A stretch of 64,000 bases of DNA from Takakia lepidozioides (taxonomy: Eukaryota > Plantae > Bryophyta), in the NCBI GenBank assembly GCA_030704615.1, contig CM060734.1, positions 34,286,001-34,350,000 of the forward strand. The letters run 5' to 3'. The notes beneath the pieces were generated by a model. It did not search any database. It worked only from the letters and a program-made list of their open reading frames with translations, and was not told where the DNA came from. The translations under genes were made by a program, and so were the position numbers. This document shows positions 1 through 15,000 of this stretch, one piece after another. Every line of letters starts with the position of its first letter. Position 1 is the stretch's first letter.

Positions 1-2930
1 TGATACTTCCCATGCACCGTCCAAATTGACCGTCAAAATATTGGTAACAAACAACAGTTCAACGCTTCTTCACCCGAAGCTGACCAAATCCTACAATATG
101 TCTAAACGAAACAACAAAGAACTGGCGAATCTGTGGCGTCGACGCATTGGACATGCAAGCTACCAAAGATTGAACCATATGTCGCCGAAGCAGCTGATAG
201 AAGGCATACCACCAGTCCCACACCTGAAAGAGATTTGCGAGACATGTGTCAAAGCAAAACACATGTGTCAAGGCAAAACATGACAGACAATGGATTCCCA
301 AATCTACATCGCACCATGCGTCCAGGCCTTTGCAGCTTCTTCACTCAGATCTATGTGGTCATGTACCAATACCTTCTCTCTCTGGTTCAAGGTACATTAT
401 GACTCTCATAGATGATCTATTTTGGTACTCAAGGGTGTATTTTCTGAAGACCAAAAACGAAGCTTTTAAAAAATTCAAAGCATTCAAAACGGAAGTCGAA
501 AATCAGTTTACATGTAAAATTTCATGCCTTCGAACTGACAGAGAATGTGAGTTTCTGTCAGAACACCGAGCAGAAAAATCGAACATTTCTCAACATGGTT
601 TGAAGTATGTCAATCGGAACCAATCTTCCTGCTTACTTGTGGGAAGAGATGGTGAGGGCTGCGAATTACGTAAACAATCATTGTAGCTCAAGGGCACTAA
701 ATCAATCTACTCCATACGAATGTCTACTTGAATTCAAACCAAATTTGAAGCATTTACATGTTGTGGGCAGCGCTGCCAGGATCAAAGAGATAAACTAGGA
801 GCTAGATCAATCATATGCATTCTTGTTGGTTATGACGATAGAAGCAAAGCATATCGCTGTTATAACCCTAACACTAAGAGAATCCTGATCAGCAGGGACC
901 TGATGAGTCTCTTCCAGGTGATTTTTAAATGACAAATCGATCTTTTAGGAGAGCATACAGGACATGTTTCCTTCGAATGAATTCTCCTCTCCAGATGAAG
1001 CTGACAACATCGGCCCGTTACCATCAAGAGATGAAATCACGCCACTAGGAGCAGTCACTCAGGACCACAACGACACTCCTGACTTTTCTCCAACTGCTCC
1101 TACTACATCTCCAGCTCAGTCTATCTCTCCGCCATCATCACTGTCTCCATCATAGCCATCTCACATTCTACAAGCTCGTCAACTTAGACGCTCAGAGAGG
1201 ATAAAATCAGCGCCCTACAAATATCGTGACTTCAGAGCATTTCTAACAACGTCTGAAGCTGAAATAGATCAGGTACCCATCGTTGACTCCACCAAATGAC
1301 ATTCAAGTTGAGGACGCTATCAGTGACCCCACATGGAAACAGGCCATGGAAGTAGAGATAAACGCTCACAGGAAGTATCAAACTTGAGAATTAACCAAAC
1401 TTCCTCCAGGGCAACGAGCATTGTCAACAAAATGGATTCTCAGAACCAAAGAAGATAATCTGAAACGTTAAATACAAAGCTTGAGTAGTGGAAATGGGCA
1501 ATGAAAAAAGAGTCGGACTAGACTATCAAGAGACCTTTGCACCGGTAATAAAATGGTCGACAGTTCGTCTCATCACTGCATATTAGCAACCGCGTTCGAT
1601 TAGTCAATCTCGCATATGGATGTGGTGAGGGCATTTTTGAACGGGACCATTAAAGAGGTCATCTACATGAACCAACCATTCGGATTTGAGGCACCCGGGT
1701 TTGAGGATCTGGTCTGTAAGCTACAAAAGTCCATCTATGGACTCAAGCAAAGCCCGTGTGTATGGTACGACGAAATTGATTCTTTTCTCAGATCCGTTCC
1801 ATACATACAAAGTTCTTTGGACCCAAATATGTACTTTTGGAAGGAAGCCGGGAACATCGTGATTGTTTTATTATTTGTTGATGACCTATTTATCACGGGA
1901 AGCTCACCCAAGCTGATCGCTAAATTGAAGCAACACTTGCAAACAAAATACGAAATGAAAGATCTCGGCCAGGTGAAGCGCTACCTTGGAGTTAATTTCG
2001 AAATCTCAAATCAAGGGATCATATTTCTGCACCAAACTCCCTACACTACACAAGAGTACAACATGGAGGACTGTCGTCCTGCCAAAACGCCTCTACCTGG
2101 GGGTCTGACGATGTCTGCTGAAACTAATACCGATGAGGTCGATTCAACCCACTACTGTCAACTAGTAGGCAAGTTTATCTACCTCACGAACACTCGTTTT
2201 GATCTATCATTTGCGGTTGGTCTGATCAGCAGGTTCATGACCCATCCTTAGAGGGCACACCCAGACATGCAGCCATGCATGTACTAAAGTATCTGAAAAA
2301 TACTACTGATTTCGGTATCTACTACCAAAAATCTTGCAGATTTAATCTTAAGGGCTACACTGACTCCGACTGGGGAAATTCATGTTCGGATATTCGTCGA
2401 TCTACATGAGGTTAAGTATTCCAATTGGCATCAGGTTCAATCACCTGGAGTAGCAAGAGACAAACTACTGTCTCTTGTTCAACCACGGAAGCCGAATACA
2501 AAGCTCTTTCTGATGGGGCACAGGAAAGTGTGTACCTCAAGCTGCAACTTGTTCAAGAGCTAGGATTTGTTATGCTAGATACCTCCCCCTCAGATTGACT
2601 GCAAGGATACCGACATCGATTCAGACTTAAAAGCTGCATTCTTCCCCACAGAACAAGACACCTCGGATGTGATAATGTTAGCATACTCAAACTCGCGAAG
2701 AATCCAGTATTTCACGCCAGAACCAAACATCTGGAAATCCATCATCATTTCATTCGCGAGAGAGTCTTAGAAGGAGAAATCTCAGTCCATCACGTGGCCT
2801 CAGAAAACCAGCCAGCTGATATCTTGACGAAGGTTCTCCCAAGAGTCAAATTCGGACACCACAAAAGGGCAATAGGCATGCGTTCATTGAGAGAACTGAT
2901 TCAAATCGAATCCAGTTTCATTACATTGAG
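1..2930 (+). mobile_element. Decayed Ty1/copia LTR-retrotransposon pol region (GAG-pre-integrase, integrase, RT, RNase H); 5' part lies outside the window
   Basis: Broken ORFs in copia order: LWRRRIGH...CETC (pre-integrase/zinc finger), LQLLHSDLCG (integrase), MDVVRAFLNG...LQKSIYGLKQ...VLLFVDDL (RT), GYTDSDW and KNPVFHARTKHLEIHHHFIRERV (RNase H). Many stops and frameshifts. Confidence 0.95.
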
Positions 2931-5900
2931 CAGCACAACACATGGATACATATGAACGGTGCTACAACCAACAAAGCTTTACAGTCTCACGAGTCAAATA
3001 TTCTTCTGCTTCCTGCCTAGTTCGGAACGACTTGAATTTATTTCCTCTGAACCCACTGACTAAGGGTTCGCATTCCTCCCATGAGGTGAAATTCCAGGGC
3101 GAACACCTACAACAACTGCGTAAAATCTTCTCGGCAACATCTCAACAGACGTGTAAACTGCTGCACACTGAATATCTGATTCAACACAATGTCCGCTGGA
3201 ACTCGACTCACTCCTTGGCTGAGGCCTGTCTATGCGCATCTGATCGGCATCATTATAGGCTACCCCATAACGTACATACATGCAGATTGTATAAGATTTG
3301 ACTTTGACTTTGACATGTAATAGTATTGACTTTTGTCTGGTGTTACCGATTTTACTAACTCATTAATGTTGTTGCCGCACGCGAATGGTACAGCCTTGAG
3401 ATCGCACGTGACATCCATACATTGTTCTGGATAGCCACGTGTCACACTAGCAATGGAACGTCACGATGAATGGTCAGTGAGGGAATATACTAACAAGTCG
3501 GCCTTGCGACTTGCAACTTACTATCGTGAGTACTGGATATAACTCCAAGATTCACTCAAGCCATCTTTTACCGGGTGGATATACGATTGAAAGTGGTGGC
3601 TATTCAAGTTGCATATGCAACTATGGGATGTTTATTGCACTGGTTTGCTACTATTACAGAAGTGATATCCCTGTCAGAACATGGATTCGTAGTGAAGTGT
3701 GAGAGTTGTTATTGTGATTGTTCTTGTTCATATTATACCATGCTATTTAATCCAGCAATGTGTAACATGATAACACACCTAAATTGCCTAATCAGGTAGA
3801 ATGTCAAGCATGTTGGTCAATGCTACATCCTACCCAAACGACCATGAACAATGGAGATCACATGTAGTATATAAAATACATAATGGCCCAGAGAACCGAC
3901 TTGCAAAATTCCAAATTTTTATTTCAAAGCATCATTTGATAATAAATAGTGGGTGGTTCATATGGATTTACTACAACTTTGCATTACTATACTTAATGAA
4001 TGCCAACCTTCCTTAGACTCTTTGCTGGCCACAAAGTATAACTGCCTAGTATGTGCTCAAGTCTAGTATGAAGGGGATCATCTTGGGAAAAGGCAGGACA
4101 ACATTCGGATGGGTGGATTCAAGGACTTTCATCTTATGTCAGCCTGGGCGTATGCCCTTGTCATGGTACTTGTCCCTACCAGGTATGCCCAACCACTTCA
4201 GTCCTCGTTGTGGACGTCTTTATGCGCTTATCATGACCTCGGGCTCAAAAGATACACTATCTCTTGCTCGTCTCTTGCATCTGTAAAGAAAAACAACAAA
4301 GGCGTAAACAAAGGTGAAGAGAACCATGACAAATCCAAAGCTACAAACTGAATCACTAATACAAGTAAATTGATGGACAACAAACATAAAAAAAGGTTCA
4401 GACTCGAAAAGCTGTCAAAATCAACAATAGGCTGCCTATTGTGAATTGTGCGTCTAGAGGCCATTATTGCCATTGTTGTCATTGCCTAATTGTCGACCTG
4501 CCACGGGTGCATCACCTGGCAAGGACAATGAGCCATTTTGATACTCCATTGGACGGGCACTCCCCCTGCCCTTATGTACGTCCACCCGAATGACCACCAT
4601 CATGCAGTTTTTGAAAGGATTGATGGGGGCTGATAGCCTTGGGGACCACTTTGTCTTGACTGAGTAAGTTTCTACCATACACATGTGTCAGCGTAGCCAT
4701 CAAATACACAAGTACTTGACACACTCCTCTCATGCTTATCCCTTACCATAGTCCTAACCAAAGAACTACTCACTCACTGATTAAATCACTGTGATAGTAC
4801 TAAAATAAAAGCTTTGAAAAGTAATATCTCCCTAAAAACACAGCCTCTTCCCGCGATCTGAATTCTATTCTGTTGAATTATCATAAGTCTAAAAGTCCAT
4901 CCAGATTCCAAGAAGAAAACATGCAAGGGAATAAGCTACAGCTGGTAAAAAATGACAGAAAACTTCAACAATGACAGTACCATTTGCTTAAGGCCTATTT
5001 GTATACAAAGCAGTGGTATGCCTCATGTCATGTATGTATATGTGGTGTCATGGAATGTCACAATCACAAAAAGTCTCAAGGTTATTTTTGAGTCTACTAG
5101 CCTTAGCCATGGTTTTTGAGTAGTAAGAGGTGAAGGGAGATTATGATGGGTGGAGTGATTGTGCCATTGACTGCAGAGAGAGAGACATATGAAGATGGAT
5201 GAGTTGGCCAGCCATCTTATGCTGCTGTACAAGATCTAGGTAGAGAGTCAAGACTAGGGTCATGAAGTTAACTTGGCAAACACTTGAAGCGCATCACAGC
5301 ACGAAGTGCGGCAGTGAGAGAACAAGGCCTAGGTTGCGCTGTTCCATGGGATGAGGCTCATTCATCATCGATGCCTGAATTCCATAGTGTATCTAATACA
5401 TAGTAGCATTTCCCCGCCCGCTTCACTAAGGGCTTCACATTCTCCACTCCTTCCTCTTCCTAAAACACTACGTGTTTCCAGTGCTCCCTTCCCACCCTTC
5501 ATGTGCTCCCGCATCTCTAATCCATAAACTAAAAACTTACAAATTTCAAATTAAAAAAATTATTAGGTTTTTAGTTTTCATTCTTGAATATTCCACATAA
5601 CCTTGCAATGAGAATATTTCATAAACGCTAGTCGTAGATTGAGTGGTTAAAACGACGTCTATTTTTGCCTAATTATGAGACACACAATAACAATCTATAT
5701 TAAATACATACGTTATTGTGTAGTTGCAACTCAAGTAGTTCAAACAACTCATTGTTTCAGCTATTATTTATTTATTTTTAATTCTAATTTTCTTTAAGCC
5801 CCACAAAATCGGCGCCCAACCCAGAGTCGTGCACGCGACCTCTTCATTGCCAGAGTGGCAAAAACTTTTCTGTTGCGATTCGTAGTTGTTTTCCGAGTGG

Positions 5901-8900
5901 TTTTGGACACTAGTCACATAGACACCGGTTCAAATGGACACGATTCTTACTAGTGGTACTAAACAAAGGTATGAATGGATGCACAAATATTATGGAAAAC
6001 CATATAGATGGCCTATAAAATTTAGATCACCTATAAAAGTTGAGAATGAAATATCCCAACCACTCTACAACTGTATAGCTCCAGGTGTTTCTTTAAATAA
6101 ATAAATAAATAAAAAACTGTATAATTATATCCAAAGCTAGAGAAAAAAATGAATGAGCATAAAACATTGGAATTACGTTTAGGGTTTAGGGTGAGCAAAA
6201 TATAACTGGACAAACAATTATCATTATGGAAGAGTCTTTAGAACCTACAGAAACTCATCCCATGTCCCCACATCCCCACCACTTGGATCATATCCAAAAA
6301 TTGCCAACAAAAAATTGCAAAAATACCCGTAGGATGTCAACGACAAGATTATCTTCACACCCTCGTTTTCTATTGTGGAAATACCTCAAGTTTATGACTA
6401 CGATTAGTACTTAAAAGTTTATGTGGCAAGTTACACAGCTTTCCCAGTATGAAGTTGCAGATACTTATGAAAGAAAGAAGTAGCGAGCAAGAAATGAGTG
6501 AACCTGCCTGGATACAGTTATCGAGCAGTATGCTCAACCTGAGGTAAGCTCCAACAGGCCGGGAAAAGCGCATGTCCATAAGAAGGCGAGGCTAAGAAGC
6601 AACATGTTATGGCCTAAGAAACTCATGCATTAATCACTCTAGAGCCTGCACATAACAACCATTAGCTTTTCATGTCTTTTGGGTTCAACAGGAAAAATAC
6701 CCTCAGGCTCCAAGTCCACAAAGAATGAAGCGTTTCAGTTACTCGTTAGCACCAAGATGTTAGTGGTATTTGAATGAATGTGTGCTCGAATTGACATGGC
6801 TTCCACTCTCACTCAAGCATTGAAGTCCATTAGCAATCCGAAACCTCACTTTCCATGACTCATGAATGAGTTGTCCACGCTGAGCACAAAGTGTGATTCT
6901 TGTCTTCTTAGTTCAACGAGTTGACAACACATAATATGGCTCTTTCTAATTTCACCTATTAAACTCTCTGGCCCAGATAAAATGTGGTTGTATATGTGGA
7001 AATTTTCCAATGTATTGATCTGCCTTTTTTTCCCGACGGAGTGAAGAATTATATACACTTTCTAGGGAGGATGCTTCCCAACCTTGTCTACCTAAAGAAG
7101 GTATTAAGCGTGTGATCCTAGGGTATACACGTAAGCACTAGATAAAAGCGTATGCCTGATTAGCTAGAAGACATATCGTAATCAAAGGCATGGATGACAG
7201 TCATAGAGGGAATTTGTCAGCGAGTTCATGGCGTATGTCAACAAGATTAGCTCGCTAACTTCCAACACTCTCCCTCGACCTGAGCTCGGTCTGAGAGTAA
7301 AATAGGAAAGGAAGCCCATAGTTGCTCCGAGCTTGAGTCAATGGCGTAGGACTCGATGTCATTGCGAGAGTCTTGTATGTTCCTGATACTTTCAGTGTTG
7401 GGACTCTTGTCCTCGGTGCTCCGTTATGTACATAAAACGTTGAACACCGACCAAATGAACTAGTCTCTTAGCACTGGTGCCCCTCATAGTCGCAAAATTC
7501 GTTACGACTGGTTTTGCAGTTATAAGTGCAGTCATTTTGGACAAACTTCCTGCTAGTGTACTTTAGTAAACTTTACACCCTAAAACCTAATTCCACTGTT
7601 TCACGTTCATCTTTTTTATTTTTTTATTCTTATTTCAACTTTGGGGTATGATATAATCATGTTGTGATTTTTGGTTCAAAATCCAATTTACACGCTTTTT
7701 GTCATTGCCGTGTTTCCATTACTCTAAAACCCAATTCCAAGGTTTGATAGTATTTCAATTTAATGTTTTCCAGCTTTGGGAACTTGCAATTATACATTGA
7801 TTCATGATAACTTTAAGCATGCATTGGTATGGATGTTTTATTTTCAATTGTATATCGTCTTATACTATGTTGTGTTTACGACGTCATATATCTACCAGCT
7901 TATTGTCGAAGATATGACCTTAGTTGACTTTGATGTCAACGTCAAATGAATGGAGTTGTGGAACTTCACAATCTTCTCAATATATTATCTACCGTTCTAT
8001 TATACAAATTAAGTCATTCGACTTAGAGGTCGATGTGACATGAATTAGGTTGTGCAACTTCATAAGCTAAATGATTAATTACTTCAATACTAATGGCATG
8101 TTATTTGAGAAAAAATTGTAACATGGATTTAGATGTTTTTGGCACCGTTGTGTAGCCATTAATCATATTTTGAAAAATAACTAAACCACAATCTATGATA
8201 AATTCAATTCCAGAATATAGGGCCTACCTCCAAGAAGAGTCACTAAGTTGGAAGGTGAAGTGGCTCTATATATATATATATGATGCCAACCAAAGTTATC
8301 GTAAATAAGAGCCACTTTCCATTGTGGGTACCGCCCCCTTTGGCTCTTAGTTGGAAGGTGAAGTGGCTCTTAGTTATGCCTTGCTTCAGCTGGAATCTCC
8401 CTCTCTCCTTCGCTTTATCATTTATCATGGAAATATGTTCCCATCATTTGCAAAGTGGACCAAATTTATGTGCTACTATGATGTTTTATTTATTGTGGAA
8501 GCTTTTAAAGGCTCAAAACCTAATTATGGGGTGGAGTGGAGTGTGGATATCTTCAATGCCTCGCACGATGCCTAGTTATCATCCCAACTTATCCAAATGA
8601 AAAAAGACTCTCCAAATTTAAGAGAAGCAAAGTCCAATCATTCTGGCCGAAACCAGTAAAATAAGAGCCATTGTTCCTACAACAAAGAAGTTAAAACTAA
8701 AGTTTGTTTAAGAAGCGCCTGCCGTTCAACACACAACCCATTGCAGTGAGGGGCCAACAAACAATTGAAGGCATATTTTTTGAGATTGAACTTCTTAGGC
8801 TATGCACACAAACACGCTGGCAAGTCTATTTCAAAGTTTTGTTGGCTCCCCTTAAAGTGGATGAAACCATGGCCATGGAAGATATGAGATTTTATAATGT

Positions 8901-9467
8901 GCATAATGTTCTGAGTTTACAAATTTATTATGGATGAAAATAGATCTCAAGGTGGAGCCATTATAGCTCCTAGTAGTGCTTGACCTAAAAGAAAAGGAAA
9001 CATTCAATATTGCAAGTGCCGGCCAGAAACAAAAAGGTTGCAAAGAGGGTATTTTTTCCTCTCATTGGAATTAAAGGGTCTGCTCTTCCGCGGGTGTTCC
9101 CCTTTTTAAAAAATGTTAAAAATGAATGAAGGTCACGAATCTAGCCATTCGTATTCTTGGCATCAAAAACCTCATGACATTGATTGAATATGTCATCATT
9201 TGCACGCAAAGTTGCCATCACTTTGGTGACCTGGTTCCACCATGTATAATGAATTCTTGGATTTTTGTTCATTCATATATCAGTTAATGAATATCAGTTT
9301 ATAATTTTGTGCTAGAAAATTCTTCTAAAATGTATATATATATATATATATAGGTTTTCAAGAAGACAGTGGTGGGGTGATTCCCCCTTAGTAAGCCTCA
9401 TGGCCGCGGGGTTATTTTTTCCACTCTTCTTGATGCATTGTGGCCTATACGCTTTTTTGCAATAAGG

Positions 9468-9500
<33 letters not shown>

Positions 9501-12027
9501 CCCATCGTAAGATATTTATATATATGGAAACCAAAGCTATAAGAGCTAATTTAAGTTATGGCCCGGATCTCATATATAAATGTTAACTAACATTTATTTC
9601 AATAGTTAGTTTCAAAAGTCAACTGTTATTAACATGTAATATTAGTGGCTAATAACTAACTTTAACTAACAACTAACAACTTGGCTAAGTTTAATATATC
9701 TATATAAAAAGGAAAGGGGAGGATTCTAATTATACATGAGTTTAAAAAAATTATTAATAAATTATTAATAAATATCGTTGCATCAAGAAAAAGAAAAAAG
9801 AAAACATGATCCTCAAACTTAAGTTTATTCTGGCACGGCCACTGTCCCTGTTCTATTGAAAACGGGTGGTTATTTTTTCCACCTTCTGTGACCTTTATTT
9901 CATTTAATTTGATTAAAAGGGCCTCTGTCCCCTTTCCTTTGAAGAAAAAAAAAAACCGAGAACATGATATTAAGTTAAATTGATTTTACAAAACATCAAA
10001 AAAACATTTCAATAGTTTTAATAAAGCTTTCAAGGGCTTCCTCCCCTTTGTATCATTTAAAAGAAAACAATTGCTTAGTCCTGTGCGTACCTTGCATTAG
10101 GCTGGTCAATTTGGGAACTACGGGTGCTGGTTGGGTGCACCCTATTATAGTCAGCATAATAACCACCAAAACTGCCCAATTACAAAGACAGAAAATAAGA
10201 TTTGTGAGCAGTAGTCGCTCCCATGTTTCCCTAAAAAACAAAAGAGAGACGCTCCCAGGTTTCCTTTAAAAAAAAGAAAAATAAAAAGAAAAAAGATAGA
10301 GATTTGTGCTTTGTTTTTTTATTGGGGGTAAAGGGGAGGAAGCCCATGAAAGACTTCATTAAAGTTTATTTGTTATCTAAGAAGAAAAAGAAAAGCTGAT
10401 AGAGATATAAGATATAAAATTACAAAAACTATATTTCCCATTCTGTTTTTTTTTGTTTTGTTTTTGTTTATCCTCTCTCTGGGTCAATCGCGGCCCGCCG
10501 GGTGTTCCCTGAAGAAAAGAAAAAAGAGGAAAACGAAAAAAGAATGGGAGGAAGGTAAGAAGGTGGGGCCCGGGGGAAGTACCTTCGTGCAGGTAGTTCA
10601 CACGGGGGTAGTCGTCTCTCTCTCAGGCTTGCGCACTGACTCGTCTCTGGCCCCCCTGGTGCGAGCGCGTGAGCTGGAAGACTTGCGTTGGAATGGAAGT
10701 TGCAGCAGTCATAGCCATTGCCGTTGTGGGCCCACCCTAGACTCTCACGTTGTGGGAATGCTGCGTTGTGGCGCTTTTCGTCACACTGTGACTTACTCAC
10801 ACATGCTGAGGCGGGGACCTGCTGCTGCCAAAAATTCACCGGAGACTACAGCGTTCGTTTAAATACATGTCGGTCCCTTCATTTCTCCTAAGCAGTGGCA
10901 GGCATGAGGGGCACCATATGATATCGATCAAGCAGCATCCTAACTGATAGGCGGAAGAGGCCAGATTCTGATGATCTGCTATATCTCTGTTTCCGCGGAC
11001 ATTTGATGATCAACAGGATCACGTTCTGCAGCGGGCATTGCGTATGGTGTATAAGGAAGTAGTGGAGCTGGTAGTTGGAGAGGTGGAACCATAGCGGGAG
11101 TGAGAGGCACAAAACTCTTATTTACTCTCTAGACTTGTCACTGAGATCTTCAGTTTAGGTACCTTCCTTCCTTCAAATTAATTTTTAATCTTCTATGCGA
11201 ATTCATTAAGAGCATTTCCAAATACCCTGGTTGTTTGTGGATCGTGTGGGGAAGGAAAATGTCTCTTAAGGGGAACTGCGAAATTGCATGCTAGAATCCT
11301 CGTTCGAGCAAAGTCGGTATGCAAGCTGGGACGAGTGAGTTGGGTTTCCTTTGGCGCTGCATCTTTGTGGAGACTCCTAGTTATGTCCATCTTATTTTTC
11401 GAAGCTGAGGAGAATGTGACATGCGCGCGTATTCCCTTGCTTTCAGGAACTTAGTAGGGTTTTGACTTTTGACGATACTAATGTGAGGCAGCTCTTCAGC
11501 ATAGCCAACCCCCAGCGGACAGATGGTGTGAAGAGCTGTGACGGGTAGTTTTTCCAGCTCAAACCGTGAAAGTGTTTGTACACACATTCAGTCTCTAATT
11601 TCCTTTCGCTTGTACTCTACATCTGACTTGCTTACTTTAACCATCTCCCTGGAAGTGCTTTTCCACTCTACAACCTCTAGCGACTGCAATGTTTCCTGCC
11701 TCAGAAAATCTATTGCAGTGATTATTCAAAAGGTGTCGATCTGTTGCATTGCTTGACCGCTGCTCTTAACACTGTGTGCCCTGTCCTACTCCTCAATGTT
11801 ATCAATCACGCACCTCCTTGCTACTTTGGACATTTGCTTAAAGTACTGCAGAAAGTCTCCCATGACTGCAGGGGTGCTGGCTTAATCATGCTGGGCCAAA
11901 CAGTCCCTCTGAAGCATTTACATCCGCATAGGAGAGTTCCAGGAAATTTCACAGGGTTCCACTTTTGTCATCTTTTGAGTTATGTGGTACTTATCTAGTC
12001 TTTGGACTGTGCAGGCTTCTAGAAACC

Positions 12028-15000
12028 ATGGCAAGTCAAAATGCAGGAATTGATACTTCAGCTCCTTTTGCGTCGGTCAGAGATGCAGTGAGCATGTTTG
12101 GTGATCGCGTGCCTGCCAAGGCGCACCGTCTTTCCACTGCTAGTACTGAGGTAAGAACTACCTGCCAGAGTGTTGTTTTGTAGCCTGTCTTGAAGGGGAC
12201 AAAAAGGGATGTGAGGAGGGGTGGTCTTCGATGTACTGTTTGGTTCCGGTTTGTCAGAGAAAATGTCTAGATAAAAGTAACTTCTGAGGTTCTGTCACTT
12301 GAGTTATGCACCTAGTACCAGTTCCTGCATATATGTAGAAGTTTCTGGAATTACGTTTATAGCTGCACATTGATTGTTTGACAGAAGAATGCTTGTATAT
12401 CAAGCTGCATCTCTCTCTGACTCTCTTTGCTCTGTCCAGACTACGAACCGGGTGCAAGTGCATGATGAGGTTGTCAAGTTGAAAGAGCAGGTGGCTGCTG
12501 CTGAAAAGGCCAAGGCAGAGGCTTTGAGGGAGCTTGCTGAGACCAAGGTTCTCCTGAACGAAACGGCAACCAAACTGGACAATGCAGATGTGATTGCGTC
12601 CGAGAGCAATCCAATGGAATCACACACCTTCTCAAGTATGTGGACAGGGGAGATGGATGCTGACTGGCAGGCTCAGCTGGATGCAGCTATGGACCAGCAC
12701 ATGGCTGCTACTGACACGGCAACTGAAAGTAGGGAAATTGACAGATTACAGGAGGAGCTGGGTGCAGCTAAGAGGCAACATGAGAGTACGTGTACAGACT
12801 TGGGGATTGCTAGAGAAGAAGTTGACAGGCTGAAGGTGGAGTTGCAGGAGTTGGTAATTGCTAATGCCACTGTGGCAAGACAATTGGGGGATACTGAGTT
12901 GGCGAATGAACTAGCAGCAAAGAGAGTGGAAGAGTTTAGCAAGGAGCTGGGGATATCTAAGGAATATCTTGTAAAAGAGCATGAGGAACGCTTAAGGGCT
13001 GAAAGGGAGCTAGTGGCTGCAAAAGAAGCTGCGGAAGAGAGATCTACAGTTCAGGCCAATGCGGCAGGTGAGCTGGAAAAACTGAGGGTTCAGCTGGAAA
13101 GGGCCAAGGAGGCAGAGGCCACATTGGTGGTGACAAGCACCGAATTGGAAGATCTGAAAGCTGAGCTGGTAAGCACCAAGGAAGCAGAAGCCAAGCTAGT
13201 GGCCACAAGGGCCGAACTGGACGAGCTGAGGATTCAGCTGGAAAGGGCCAAGGAGGCAGAGGCCACATTGGTAACGACGAGTGCTGAATTGGAAGATCTG
13301 AAGGCTGAGCTGGTAAGTGCCAAGGAAGCAGAAGCCAAGCTAGTGGCCGCAAGGGCAGAACTGGACGCGTTGAGGCATGAGCTGGTAAGTGCCAATGAGG
13401 CAGCAGCAGCCAAGCTTCTGGTGACCAGTACTGAAGTGGAGGGGCTGAAGATTGAGCTGGCTTCCACCAAGGAAGCTGAAGGAAGGGCCACAAAAGCTGT
13501 TGCAGAAGCCAATTTGAATTTGCAAAGAATGAAGATAGATGTTGAAGACGCTAAAGTGGTCGCTGAAAAGGTAACAGATGATATAAAAGTTTATCGCATT
13601 GAATAATGTACTTGCCTTTATGATATTTTCTCTTGTTTATGTTGTTAACGTCTGTGGCAGCATTTTCATCTTACCCTCGTTGGCTACACATTTCTTTAAT
13701 CCGTGTACATGCTATGTGCTGCTTACTTGGCTCCATGCCATACATTTGATTGGAACTGGTGGAGGTACAGTTTTCCGAACATCTTGTTCATGTTGCTGGA
13801 TTCCAAGCTTAATGTTTTAATTCTGGGTTCTTTTCCTACTGACTTATCTAAAGTTGAGTAATCATTTGATTGTTTGAAGGCCAGGGCTTTCACTCTTCAA
13901 TTTGAAGAAATGAGTCTGAAGTTGAAAAAGGTCACCGAGCATGAGACAATCTTGTTGGCATCTTTGGCATCACTGAAGGCTGAGTTGGCTAATGCAAAGT
14001 CCGAGCTTGCAACTGTAAAGGAGGAGGGAGACATGACCGCAGCTGATGTGGCTGCTGAGATGGAGGAGGTGCTATCTCAGCTTCATGCAGATCTTGAGGC
14101 TGCTACATTGGGAGAGACAAAAGCCAAGGAGTCAGTTTCAGGCTTATCTGAGGCCTTGCATCAGGTCAGAGTCGCTTTCATCTTACATGATCTTATGTGT
14201 GAAGGCACTCTTAAGAGAGCGAAGGGATACCATGTCTGTGTGTGTGTCATCGCCATTTGAAAATGTCTTGTGTCAAATCAGGTGACTGTTGAAGCAGATG
14301 AAGCCAGGGCTGCTGCAGCTGCAGTAAGAGAACAAGCTGCAAGAGAAAAAAAGGAATTGGAGCAAGCCCAGGCACATATCAAGACCATTGAGAGCCAGTT
14401 GCAAGCAGCGTTGATGGAGATGGAGGCAGCAAGGGCTTCTGAGGCAATAGCACTCTTAGAGGTCTGTCTTTTAAGCCAAAAACACATCTTTTGTGAACTT
14501 TCTATTATGTTGCCAAATGAAATTGAAGTACTTCTCTTTTCTAATTTGGGTCTGCACTAACTCACTTCAGATCCAGTTCAAAATCTCAAGATTACTGTTA
14601 GATGTCAGGATTGGATGAAATGACGTTCATGAATCTTGAAATGTTTTTCCAAATATATCGATCTGGGTTGGTGAAAAGGGCAGAACACATCACACTGGGA
14701 AGAAACCACGATCAATAACCAGCAGTATTTGTGACCTTCATAATTGGTTTAGACTCACGTTCTGCCTGACCTGCTGTTCTTGGAACACCTAGTCCTTTGG
14801 TTGCAGTGTTATCCAGACTCAGTAGTCAGGAAATGCAGCGTGTGACAACCAAATTGAAACTTGTGTGTCAGGTCAAATCCTTCTCTGAGTGCGCAAGCAC
14901 TGATCTGGAAGCTAAAGTTCAAGGGCCAGAGGTTCCACATACCCACGAGGAGTATGAGGCATTGATTAGAAAGGTGCAAGAGGCAGATGATTTGGCCAAC

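Noticed and set aside
6177-6192. TTTAGGG telomere-like repeat
   Set aside because: Only two units, within a dispersed AT-rich repeat that has inverted relatives at ~7575-7780.
7261-7276. Minus-strand PPT + TG (gagggagag-tgttgg) suggesting an LTR start
   Set aside because: No partner LTR, other end or coding region could be identified.
9468-9498. 31-nt poly(A) run
   Set aside because: No upstream SINE/LINE or retrocopy body and no TSD recognisable.
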